From positions 1 to 59,847 of the forward strand of contig JADFRL010000001.1 in the NCBI GenBank assembly GCA_022561335.1: a DNA stretch of 59,847 nucleotides, in the 5' to 3' direction. Below the pieces are notes generated by a model. That model was not told the origin of the DNA. It saw only the letters and a list, made by a program, of their open reading frames with translations, and ran no database searches. The stretch's first letter is position 1; each line of letters starts with the position of its first letter. The stretch is from Patescibacteria group bacterium (GTDB lineage: Bacteria; Patescibacteriota; Minisyncoccia; Phycocordibacterales; JACZSL01). The position numbers and the translations under genes are program-made. Positions 48,943 through 58,019 of this stretch are shown one piece after another.

Positions 48943-50058
48943 TCAAGCCAAACCTTGTTCACCACTCCTTTTTTTCATCCCTTTCAAAGGAATCTCAACG
49001 TAAAAAGTAGTTCCTTTTCCAATACCTTCAGATTCAAACCAAACCTTACCACCGAACGCATCTGTGATCATTTTTACTAAATACAAACCTAGTCCCGTTC
49101 CTTTGGTTACAGATTTAACCGCATTATCCGTCCTATAAAATCTTTCGAATATTCTTTTCTGATCTTTTTTTGCAATACCAGTCCCAAAGTCTTTAACACT
49201 AACAATAAAATTGTTATTTTTTTGTTCTAGTCGCACAATAATATCGCACCGTTTTCCCTCGGAGTACTGAATAGCATTGTCTAACAAGTTGCCAACTATC
49301 TCACCAAAGAGGACTGGGTCGAGAAAGGTGTCGCTTGAATGCAGATCTCCTACCTCAAATTTGATATTACATTTTTTATCTTCCGCTAAATACTTATGTT
49401 CTTTAACGATTTTGTCAATGAGTTTTACGATGTTGTTTATCACCGGTTCAATACGCAGCCTCCCCTCCTCGAGACGGGATACGTTCAAAAGATCATTGAC
49501 CAAAGCTGCCATTCTATCAGTTGAATCATGTATATTTTGTAAATACTCTTTTTGTTTACCTTGAAGATTACCTACTTCTCCACTTAAAAGCATCTCCGAA
49601 AATAATTTTATTGCAGTGAGCGGAGTTCTTAACTGATGCGATGCTAACGACACAAATTCGGTTTTCATGCGATCGACTGCCTGGAGTTGAGTAATATCGT
49701 AAAAAATGAAAGCGCCGCCACTAATAGCATACTTATCATTCCGTATAGGTGTGACAACTAATTCAAACACTTTTTCTCCAAGCAGAACCTGTTTGAAAAA
49801 AACCGCCTTACCTCCTTGGTGCAACACCTTTTCCATTACAAACGAGAGGTCTAATATTATTGTTGTGTGCATTTTTGTATCCCTTTCTTTTCGAAAAAGA
49901 TTGATAAAATCTTTCAGCACAGCATCTCCACGGTAAACGCCTGTCATACTTCGTATAAAAGGATTCGCGAGGATAAGATTGCTCTCATTGTCAAACATCA
50001 ACACCCCCACGGTCATTGTCCGGAGGAGATCAAAAATGAGTTGTCTACTTGTATCCAT
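48943..50058 (-). CDS. Cytoplasmic PAS-like sensor histidine kinase
   Basis: ASHQLRTPL H-box, NLLDNAIQY, DFGTGI and GTGLGL; no TM segment. Confidence 0.92.
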   Translation of the reverse strand: MDTSRQLIFDLLRTMTVGVLMFDNESNLILANPFIRSMTGVYRGDAVLKDFINLFRKERDTKMHTTIILDLSFVMEKVLHQGGKAVFFKQVLLGEKVFELVVTPIRNDKYAISGGAFIFYDITQLQAVDRMKTEFVSLASHQLRTPLTAIKLFSEMLLSGEVGNLQGKQKEYLQNIHDSTDRMAALVNDLLNVSRLEEGRLRIEPVINNIVKLIDKIVKEHKYLAEDKKCNIKFEVGDLHSSDTFLDPVLFGEIVGNLLDNAIQYSEGKRCDIIVRLEQKNNNFIVSVKDFGTGIAKKDQKRIFERFYRTDNAVKSVTKGTGLGLYLVKMITDAFGGKVWFESEGIGKGTTFYVEIPLKGMKKRSGEQGLA

Positions 50059-50233
50059 ACTATTTAATTACTTAAATATTCTTTCGTTGTCGTCAAGGTC
50101 TACCTAATCATTCTGGTAATATTTGGTATTTTTATTTATCCATACAACAATTGTATCACTCACCAAACCAATAACCACACGAAGGTTGTGGTTTTCGGTG
50201 CTAAGTACGTCCTGTAAACTATACCTTAATTTG

Positions 50234-50304
50234 TTGCGGGGCCGGGAATTGCACCCGGGCCTGGAGGTTATGAGCCTCCCGAGGTACTACTCCTCCACCC
50301 CGCT
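50234..50304 (-). tRNA. tRNA-Met (CAT), probable initiator
   Basis: A1:A72 mismatch with GCGGGG/CCCCGC stem; GGAGG-CTCATAA-CCTCC arm; atypical T-loop TGCAATT. Confidence 0.85.
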
Positions 50305-50404
50305 ATGTTTAATACTTATTCTGGAATACTGCTTTAACTCTCGGTATATCAACAAGTCGGCTACGCCTTCCGGTTATAAGTCCGAGGGATTTATAACCCA
50401 CTCC

Positions 50405-50449
50405 CCTGCCCGCAATGCTTCGCTTTGCTTGCATAGCGTTGCAGGCGGG
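50405..50449. repeat. REP-like palindromic repeat
   Basis: CCTGCCCGCAATGCT...AGCGTTGCAGGCGGG hairpin containing TTCGCTTTGCTT. Confidence 0.65.
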
Positions 50450-50516
50450 TCCACCACGTCGTGAGTACAATAATGTTTTCTTATTGTACTCGGGAAAAAA
50501 GAAAAAGCAAATACAA

Positions 50517-51872
50517 TTAAATAATATGAAATTCAGCAAACACCTGCCGATACAGATCGATGACTCGCCGTGTCTCACGCTGCGTCAAAATATAATCACT
50601 CCCCTCATGCGCAATGACATTGCGAATTTTATGCGCCTCCCAAGCCTGATTCAGTGTCAAGAAGTCACTCTGTTCAATCCCTTTGAGCTTCTCACCTAAG
50701 TTTTCTCCGTGATATCCTATTTTTGTAACAAGCTCGTTTAACAACACATCTCCTTCAAGAATAGCCAGACGCCACTCATGGGGACTGCTGGACTCGGCAT
50801 AGTCTACTACTTTTTCCCACCGTGGATTTTTGCCCTCTTCTCCATCGTGGGGTAATACAGAAAGAGGGCCAAACATTTCATATTCTTTTGCATTGACCTT
50901 GTAAAGGCGAACGACGACATAGATGATTCCCGCCAGCAGAATAAGAGATACGATTGTCGATATGGTAGAAAATGTGGTGCCTACCAGGATAATTAAATTG
51001 ACAACGGGTGTTTTCCTCTCGAGTGCGTCTTCAGACACAAAGCCAATTACGCCGTCTTTAAATTCAACTTCCCAAAACCTCTTTCCTTCTACGGCAACAG
51101 GACCTCCGATAATAACACCTTCGACGCCTGCCAATTGTTCTCCGATAATCGTACCATAAATGGGATGGCTTAGTATTGATGCAGTCTCTGTAATTTGGAC
51201 ACGGACACCAAGAGGAGTATTTTCTTTGATGGCTTTTACGTCGGCAGTGGTGTCTATCTCAAGTTCACTTTCAAGAATCCACCCCGCATCTCCATTTCCG
51301 TAGCGAACACGCCACCACCGCTTCCCGAAAGAATATGAAGGGCCCCCTATTACAGTTCCCAATGCATCACTTTCTTGTTTGGAAATCACTCTTCCGCCTG
51401 GACGATCTCTCACCTGGGTTAACGCTATACTTTTTATTTTAGTGCCAAGCGGCGTATTTTCTTTAAGAGTCTTCCGGTCTCTTGCAATGTCAATTCTAAT
51501 ATCATCCTCAGAGACCCAGCCGCTTACGCCGTCTTCGTATTTCACCTCAAACCACAGCTCGCCGAGGATGAGTACGGGCCCTCCTACCACTTCCCCACGC
51601 TTGCCAGCGCGAATCTCTCTTTGTAATTCTCCCCCGCCTGGCTTGCTCCACAGTTCTGCCCCCAAAGTATTTTTTATTTTTGTATTAAGGGGCGTTTCTG
51701 CTGAAAGTGCCCTCGTAGTTTGAAACGTTTCTGAAAAAAAAGTTGTGTCTATGCCAAACTTCTGCTCCAGCCCCTCTCCCAGGCCAGAAAGGGCCCGAAT
51801 CAACAAAAGAAAAAGGATGAGCCCTATGACCAGCCCTGCAAAGTCGACTCTTTTGCTTTCGTTTCCCGCCAT
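50517..51872 (-). CDS. Membrane protein with three SH3b-like repeats and a C-terminal HEPN/DUF4145-like domain
   Basis: Three TPL..GGP..W.V.Y..G..GW repeats between two TM helices; KIRNVIAHE (RxxxxH). Confidence 0.75.
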   Translation of the reverse strand: MAGNESKRVDFAGLVIGLILFLLLIRALSGLGEGLEQKFGIDTTFFSETFQTTRALSAETPLNTKIKNTLGAELWSKPGGGELQREIRAGKRGEVVGGPVLILGELWFEVKYEDGVSGWVSEDDIRIDIARDRKTLKENTPLGTKIKSIALTQVRDRPGGRVISKQESDALGTVIGGPSYSFGKRWWRVRYGNGDAGWILESELEIDTTADVKAIKENTPLGVRVQITETASILSHPIYGTIIGEQLAGVEGVIIGGPVAVEGKRFWEVEFKDGVIGFVSEDALERKTPVVNLIILVGTTFSTISTIVSLILLAGIIYVVVRLYKVNAKEYEMFGPLSVLPHDGEEGKNPRWEKVVDYAESSSPHEWRLAILEGDVLLNELVTKIGYHGENLGEKLKGIEQSDFLTLNQAWEAHKIRNVIAHEGSDYILTQRETRRVIDLYRQVFAEFHII

Positions 51873-51878
51873 GTCAAT

Positions 51879-53318
51879 TTAGTGTATTTGCTCAATGCTT
51901 TTCCCAATTGCAAATAATCGATCCTCGCAAAGTATTGGTGCTGTAATCTGAAATCCTACGGGCAACGTTGCTCCTTTATCCAGAACAGTCCCCATGGGCA
52001 CCGACAAAGCCGGCAGTCCTGTAATATTTGCAGGAACTGTAAAAATATCTGATAGATACATCGAAAGAGGGTCACTCTTTTCACCAATTCCAAATGCAGG
52101 TGTTGGTGTGGTAGGAGTCGCAATCACATCGACGCCGTCCCCGGACACATCAAAAGCTTGATTAAAATCATCCTTAATCAATCTTCTCACCGCATTGGCT
52201 TTTCCATAATACGTATCATAATACCCTGCTGAGAGTATATAGGTGCCTAAGAGAATGCGTCTGCGTACTTCTTTACCAAATCCTCTACCTCGGCTTTTCA
52301 CATAATCATCAAATAAATTTTCCCCTTCTACGTGCAGTCCGTATCGAACACCGTCAAACCTCGCGAGATTTGTTGAAGCCTCAGCGGGCATGATAATGTA
52401 ATAGGCTGAAAGACAGTACTTCACATTTGGAAGCTCTATATCTTTAATAGTATGCCCTTTCGATTCTAATTCCTTTAGTGTTTTATCAAACTGCAAGAGA
52501 ACTTCTCTGTCAACACCTCTCTCAAAAAAGCCGCGCGGCACACCTATGGTGTACGTAGTATCTTGGGAAACCTCTCGGGGATACCGATCGTTAGGAATTG
52601 ATGTGCTGTCTAAAGGATCTTCTCCTCTTATTACATTAAATACCAACTCCACATCCGAAACAGTCCGCCCTATAGGGCCAATCTGATCAAGAGACGAACC
52701 TAGAGCAATGAGCCCATGCCGCGACACGGTTCCATAGGTTGATTTAAGACCCACACAACCGCAGAAACTCGCCGGCTGTCTGATAGAGCCGCCCGTGTCA
52801 GATCCAAGTGCTACCGGCGCCATTCCGGAGGCAACCGCTGCTGCTGATCCCCCCGAAGAGCCCCCTGGTACACGCGTCATGTCATGCGGGTTTTTCGTAA
52901 TAGTAAACGCAGAGTGTTCCGTCGACGAACCCATGGCAAACTCATCCATATTAGTTCTCCCGAGAAATACTGCGCCGGCATCTTTAAGCTTGCGTATAAC
53001 CGTCGCACTGTAGGCAGCCTTATACTTTTCAAGTATTTTAGAGCCCGCACTCACGTGCTTTCCCTCAATAAGAATATTGTCCTTAAGCGCAATGGGAATA
53101 CCCGTAAGGGTAGACCCCTCTCCTCTCTTTAGACGTTTGTCGGCTTTATCAGCCTGCCTCAGCACGTCATCAAATACTTCCAGATACGCATCTACATCAG
53201 AATTTTTATCATCAATTATTTTTAAATACCCCTCGGAAAGCTCCCGCGCCGAAAAATCTTTGGAAGAGAGACCCTCCACGAGTTCTGCAAGGGATAACGT
53301 GGTGAATTCGATTGACAT
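51879..53318 (-). CDS. gatA: Asp-tRNA(Asn)/Glu-tRNA(Gln) amidotransferase subunit A
   Basis: TNMDEFAMGSSTE, PGGSSGGSAAAV, GSDTGGSIRQPA and NLARFDGVRYG. Confidence 0.97.
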   Translation of the reverse strand: MSIEFTTLSLAELVEGLSSKDFSARELSEGYLKIIDDKNSDVDAYLEVFDDVLRQADKADKRLKRGEGSTLTGIPIALKDNILIEGKHVSAGSKILEKYKAAYSATVIRKLKDAGAVFLGRTNMDEFAMGSSTEHSAFTITKNPHDMTRVPGGSSGGSAAAVASGMAPVALGSDTGGSIRQPASFCGCVGLKSTYGTVSRHGLIALGSSLDQIGPIGRTVSDVELVFNVIRGEDPLDSTSIPNDRYPREVSQDTTYTIGVPRGFFERGVDREVLLQFDKTLKELESKGHTIKDIELPNVKYCLSAYYIIMPAEASTNLARFDGVRYGLHVEGENLFDDYVKSRGRGFGKEVRRRILLGTYILSAGYYDTYYGKANAVRRLIKDDFNQAFDVSGDGVDVIATPTTPTPAFGIGEKSDPLSMYLSDIFTVPANITGLPALSVPMGTVLDKGATLPVGFQITAPILCEDRLFAIGKSIEQIH

Positions 53319-53320
53319 AG

Positions 53321-53611
53321 TTATTCTTGATTTAAGATTTTTTTCACTTTAAGAAATCCTTTCTCCTCTTTCGGCATCGCCTCAAGAAGCACGTCCGTAA
53401 ATACCCCACTCTCATGGGGATCTTTGTCCTCCCGCATAACATTAGTGAGAAGTTGACCATCGCTTGCCAAAATGTCAGATGACACTTTTTGGATCTCAGA
53501 AATATAGGCAAGGATGGACTCTATCTCTTTTGTGAGCGTTTCTTTTTCCGCATAACTAATTTCAATACGGCTAAGCTCTGCCAATTTCTCTACTTCTTTT
53601 TTCTTAATCAT
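53321..53611 (-). CDS. gatC: Amidotransferase subunit C
   Basis: VEKLAELSRI, NVMRED and FLKVKKIL; upstream of gatA. Confidence 0.93.
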   Translation of the reverse strand: MIKKKEVEKLAELSRIEISYAEKETLTKEIESILAYISEIQKVSSDILASDGQLLTNVMREDKDPHESGVFTDVLLEAMPKEEKGFLKVKKILNQE

Positions 53612-53623
53612 TAGACTAGAGTA

Positions 53624-55672
53624 CTAATTTGATATCATCTTTGCAAACTCTTCTTCACCTACTATGGCAACTCGAAGCGCCTGTGCTTTATTAAATTTAG
53701 AACCCGGACTATCACCCGCTATAACATAGTCTACTTTTTTTGAAACAGAACTCGTTACGCTTCCGCCCCGAGCACGAATTTTTTCTTTTGCTTCTTCCCT
53801 CGTAAAAGTTTTCAACGTGCCCGTTAAAACAAATACCTTTCCAGCAAAAGTCTTTTTGGGAAACTCCCTCCCATGTGTCTCCTGGACGGTTACCTGTTTA
53901 AGCAAGTGTTTGAGCATTTTCTTATTATGACTTTGCCTAAACCAAGAATAGATTGAACCCGCAACAACTTCGCCAACACCCTCAATTGCTTCAAGGTCCC
54001 CCCTTGATGCCTCCTCTAGATTCCTGAGCATACCAAAGTGGAGCGCTAAGTCATGCGCCGTTTCTTCTCCTACTTGAGCAATGGAGAGGCCTATGAGAAG
54101 ACGCGATAGAGAGACGGTGCGTGCTTGATCAATTGCACGCAATAAATTGTCTGCTAACTTGTCAGCGAAACCAGGAAGTCCGTCAAAATCTCCTTTTTCA
54201 AGCGTAAAGATATCAGCATACGTCGCTATCAGATTATTCTCAAGCAATGCATCGATAATGCGCGGTCCCAGACCGTCAATGGCCAGAGCTTTTTTTGAAA
54301 CAAAGTAGTAAAATTTTTGCTTTTGTTGTGCAAATGAATCCCTATTAACACATCGATAGGCCGCTTGCCCAGGAACACGCTCGATACGGCCATCGCTCCC
54401 GCAAGAAGATACTCTTTTAGGAAAGATAAACCTCTTTTCTCTGCCTGTACGCAGTTTCTTTACCACTTCTACAATATCAGGAATAACGTCACCTGCTTTT
54501 TGAAGTATTACCGTGTCACCTATGCGTACATCGAGCCGTTTTATTTCATCTTCATTATGAAGTGTTGCCCTCCTAACTACCGAGCCTGCAACGTGAACGG
54601 GGCGAAGATGAGCTACGGGTGTCAGCACACCTGTCCTCCCCACTTGAAGAACAATGTCTATTACCTTGGTTGTTACCTGCTCCGCAGGGAATTTATATGC
54701 TACGGCGAAACGAGGGGCTTTCCCGGTATACCCAAGCCGTGCTTGAAACTCCTTAGAATTTACCTTCACCACAATGCCGTCAACACCAAAATCAACGTTC
54801 TTCCTCTTAGAAACCCACAAAGTATAAAATTGCTCAACTGCCAAAAGACGCCCCCTTAATGTATAATGTTTCTCAATCTTAAAACCAAGCATGGAGAGAA
54901 GTTCAAGTTCTTCAATCTGTGTTTTGGGTGCAACAACACTATCTTTCCCTGAGAGTAATATAGTTATATCGTACATAAATGTATCGAGCCGCCGTTTTGC
55001 AGTGACGTTAGGGTCAAGCTGACGCAGTGTGCCGGCAGCGGCATTTCGCGGATTAGCAAACAATGGTTCGTTACCTTTTTTACGCTCCTTATTGATACGC
55101 TTAAACTCAGTACCGGGAAGCCACACTTCTCCTTCGACTACAATGTCAATTTGCTTTTCGAGCTTAAGGGGAATACTGCCGATTGTCCTGAGATTGTGTG
55201 TTATGTCCTCTCCTACAGTGCCGTCACCGCGAGTCGCACCACGAACAAAAACACCATTCTTGTACACAAGCACAATCTTGAGTCCGTCAATTTTAAGTTC
55301 ACAACAGTAACTAAGATCAGATGCGTCTACTTGAGAATCTTTTTTGAGTATGCGCAGTATTTTCTCCTCCCACTGAGCAAGCTCGGTAGCGTCAAAAACA
55401 TTATCAAGCGACCACTGACGAACCTCGTGCTTTACTTTCATAAACGTCTCGAGCGGCTTACCTCCTATTCGAACGGTGGGACTCGACTCGACTCTAAGTT
55501 TTGGATACTGTTCCTCAAGACCATGCAGTTCACGCATGAGTGAGTCATACGCCTCGTCAGTTATCTCAGGTTTATCAAGTACGTAGTAGAGATGTCCGTG
55601 ATAATTTAAGATTTCTCGCAGTTGTTCAATTCTTTTTTGTACTTTAACAGGTACGTGAAAATCATTGCTCAT
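53624..55672 (-). CDS. ligA: NAD-dependent DNA ligase
   Basis: YYVLDKPEITD..YD, ELKIDG, TRGDG, NPRNAAAG, QVGRTG and a BRCT domain. Confidence 0.97.
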   Translation of the reverse strand: MSNDFHVPVKVQKRIEQLREILNYHGHLYYVLDKPEITDEAYDSLMRELHGLEEQYPKLRVESSPTVRIGGKPLETFMKVKHEVRQWSLDNVFDATELAQWEEKILRILKKDSQVDASDLSYCCELKIDGLKIVLVYKNGVFVRGATRGDGTVGEDITHNLRTIGSIPLKLEKQIDIVVEGEVWLPGTEFKRINKERKKGNEPLFANPRNAAAGTLRQLDPNVTAKRRLDTFMYDITILLSGKDSVVAPKTQIEELELLSMLGFKIEKHYTLRGRLLAVEQFYTLWVSKRKNVDFGVDGIVVKVNSKEFQARLGYTGKAPRFAVAYKFPAEQVTTKVIDIVLQVGRTGVLTPVAHLRPVHVAGSVVRRATLHNEDEIKRLDVRIGDTVILQKAGDVIPDIVEVVKKLRTGREKRFIFPKRVSSCGSDGRIERVPGQAAYRCVNRDSFAQQKQKFYYFVSKKALAIDGLGPRIIDALLENNLIATYADIFTLEKGDFDGLPGFADKLADNLLRAIDQARTVSLSRLLIGLSIAQVGEETAHDLALHFGMLRNLEEASRGDLEAIEGVGEVVAGSIYSWFRQSHNKKMLKHLLKQVTVQETHGREFPKKTFAGKVFVLTGTLKTFTREEAKEKIRARGGSVTSSVSKKVDYVIAGDSPGSKFNKAQALRVAIVGEEEFAKMISN

Positions 55673-55677
55673 AGAAA

Positions 55678-56160
55678 TCAATACGATACAAATATAGCTC
55701 GCTCAACACGGCGTGGGTTATCGGTATCACACGTGTTGTGTCCTCGAGATTCGATTCGCGTCTGTGAAGGAAATCCGAATTTAGCCACTTCGACGTCCAC
55801 ACATCCATCCCCCACGATGAGCTCAAATGTAGTTGTGGCAGCGTTTGCATCATTGGTTATGCTCCACGTTGTTGCAATGTCTTCACCAACACAATCAACG
55901 CCGTCCCCCGGAGGTATTGAGTCAGTACTTGTGGCAAATGCAGAATCGGTTCCATTGTAATTAAAATCCCAGTTGAGTGCACATTCGATACCCGTATCGG
56001 CCGCATAAAAAGCAAACTGAGACTCTCTGGCCGCAGAACTCAGAAGGACTTCTTTTATGGTTATGTTAAAAATGGCAAGGGCCACGACTAACAGTAGTGA
56101 GCTTATAAGTGAGCCTAGAAGCAATGCAAATCCCCCTTTTGTGTTATTTCCATATCGCAT
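55678..56160 (-). CDS. Minor pilin (PilX-like)
   Basis: GGFALLL and ESQFAFYAADTGIECAL. Confidence 0.82.
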   Translation of the reverse strand: MRYGNNTKGGFALLLGSLISSLLLVVALAIFNITIKEVLLSSAARESQFAFYAADTGIECALNWDFNYNGTDSAFATSTDSIPPGDGVDCVGEDIATTWSITNDANAATTTFELIVGDGCVDVEVAKFGFPSQTRIESRGHNTCDTDNPRRVERAIFVSY

Positions 56161-56162
56161 AT

Positions 56163-56693
56163 CTAAAAATTTCGCGCCCAGTTAAACATGTTTTCTCGAA
56201 TGGTAAAGCTTCGATCGAGTCCCCCTGTTTTCCACGTTACGACCACGTCGATGACCGCCTCTACATCTGCCACTGTCTCAGTTACTTTCACGGTTCGGAC
56301 AAACGTCGTGTCATTCCCGTTTTTGTAGTTGTAAAAATTATCTATGGGATCATATTTAAGCGGAGCGCACGTCTCGTCACATTCCTTTACTTTCGGAGGC
56401 ACTCTTGACATATCAATAGTACAGCCGTCACCCTCCATGCATTCTTCTATATCTTCATCAAGCCAATCCTCGTTGTCTAGAATATTACTGTCGCGCAAAT
56501 TTTTAATGTATTCGACAGCCTCAACCGTTAAATAAAATGCGGTTACCTGATCTTTAGCCACGAAAGCGGCAGAGAGTCCTCGAGACACTAGCGAAAGTGC
56601 TCCTACTATAGCCACCATAAGAATTGCCACCGCTACCAATGTTTCAAGTAACGTGAAGCCTTTGTTATATCTTATAAGCATGTATGCTTTCAT
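56163..56693 (-). CDS. Minor pilin (PilV-like)
   Basis: GFTLLETLVAVAIL and EAVEYIKNLRDSN. Confidence 0.87.
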   Translation of the reverse strand: MKAYMLIRYNKGFTLLETLVAVAILMVAIVGALSLVSRGLSAAFVAKDQVTAFYLTVEAVEYIKNLRDSNILDNEDWLDEDIEECMEGDGCTIDMSRVPPKVKECDETCAPLKYDPIDNFYNYKNGNDTTFVRTVKVTETVADVEAVIDVVVTWKTGGLDRSFTIRENMFNWARNF

Positions 56694-56697
56694 AAAG

Positions 56698-57342
56698 CTA
56701 AAAATCTATTATCCGCTGTGATACTGTGGTTTGAATTTGAAATTCCGAGGACTCCTTTGGATCTACACCTACAGCACCCCTCAGCGTCATGATTACGTAC
56801 GGCTGCTTATTGTCACCTCGCTTAGCTCCCTGAACGTAGAATCGAAAATCGTCAATAACCACGTTCGGTGCGGTAATGGAAATATAATCACCCCCTAAAC
56901 CCTTCGCGCAGTTCAACTCGCATTTCTCAATGCGGCCGTTAGTGAAGCGGTACACGATTTGATCAGTGGTATCAGACGGATCCCCGTCATTCGCTTCAAA
57001 TGCGAACAACTCTCCTCCGTTTTTACAATCCTTGGGAGCACCAATCTGACCTATCCCCTTACCACCGTCTGGCGGTAAGTTGGGAGAACCAGTTTTACAG
57101 TGATACACAGTCCCGACTCGAATGTTGCGAGCCATACTTTCAAGAGCAAAATTTAAATTGTTCATGACTGATTGTATTGATCGTGCCTTTCGATTTGCAG
57201 AAATAACTGAGGTGAGTGCACCTATGGCAGTAACCATAATAAGGGAAAAGATTGTAAAAGCTACTAGGAGTTCTACAATTGAAAATCCCCGTTCCGCTTT
57301 AACAATATGCCTGTATATTTTGCTGTCTTTTAATATGTACAT
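56698..57342 (-). CDS. Minor pilin (PilW/GspJ-like)
   Basis: GFSIVELLVA, NLNFALESMARNIRVG and QTTVSQR. Confidence 0.87.
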   Translation of the reverse strand: MYILKDSKIYRHIVKAERGFSIVELLVAFTIFSLIMVTAIGALTSVISANRKARSIQSVMNNLNFALESMARNIRVGTVYHCKTGSPNLPPDGGKGIGQIGAPKDCKNGGELFAFEANDGDPSDTTDQIVYRFTNGRIEKCELNCAKGLGGDYISITAPNVVIDDFRFYVQGAKRGDNKQPYVIMTLRGAVGVDPKESSEFQIQTTVSQRIIDF

Positions 57343-57381
57343 TTCATTAAACAGTGAGAGTCCCCTACTGCGTACTAAATA

Positions 57382-58008
57382 CTATGGTGATTCTACGGTA
57401 ATTTGACCCGTACTAAACACGCGTATAACTCGTTCATTACCCTGCGGTGAACTCACTACAATACGAACACTCCCATACACCTCAGGTGGAACATAATCAG
57501 TTTTAATGATTGCTTCAGGATCGGGCCGGCCAAAAACAATATCGAGTTTTGTTATGTCCGCTGTCGATGCACATCGCTCGACATCACTGCTATTTGTTGT
57601 ACAGAACTCTGAAATAAAATTACCGCGTCCTATGGTAAACACATCAATATCTCCGTCCAGAAGCGCATTGTAATTAAAATCGCGGTCAGTATCGGCAAAT
57701 AAAATGTAGCTTTTTGTGGGCAGTGGAGCCTCAAAATGAACCCCATAGCCGGTATCGAAGGTGGCAGGACCTGATCCCCCTTTATATGCCCGCACTGACA
57801 AACCGAATACTTGTGCTTGCCGTATGGATAGGGCTATGTCATAAGCCAGACTGCCAAGGATAATACTGCTATTGAAACTGGAGTAATTCACCAGCATAGT
57901 ACCCGTAATCATAACTAAAATGCCAGCCACGATGACAAGTTCAACCAGACTGAATCCGCTTGATTTGTCAGAGCTGACTTCAACTTTGAAAGTATGTTTA
58001 ATGTCCAT
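57382..58008 (-). CDS. Minor pilin (FimT/GspH-like)
   Basis: GFSLVELVIV, LAYDIALSIRQAQVFG and GYGVHF. Confidence 0.87.
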   Translation of the reverse strand: MDIKHTFKVEVSSDKSSGFSLVELVIVAGILVMITGTMLVNYSSFNSSIILGSLAYDIALSIRQAQVFGLSVRAYKGGSGPATFDTGYGVHFEAPLPTKSYILFADTDRDFNYNALLDGDIDVFTIGRGNFISEFCTTNSSDVERCASTADITKLDIVFGRPDPEAIIKTDYVPPEVYGSVRIVVSSPQGNERVIRVFSTGQITVESP

Positions 58009-58019
58009 AAGCTGCCTTC

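Larger units (their letters stand above)
39300..50274 (-). mobile_element. Genomic island in tRNA-fMet carrying type IV pilus and two-component genes
   Basis: 41-bp direct repeats at both ends; short repeats resembling integrase arm sites at 39365-39500; no integrase ORF. Confidence 0.75.
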
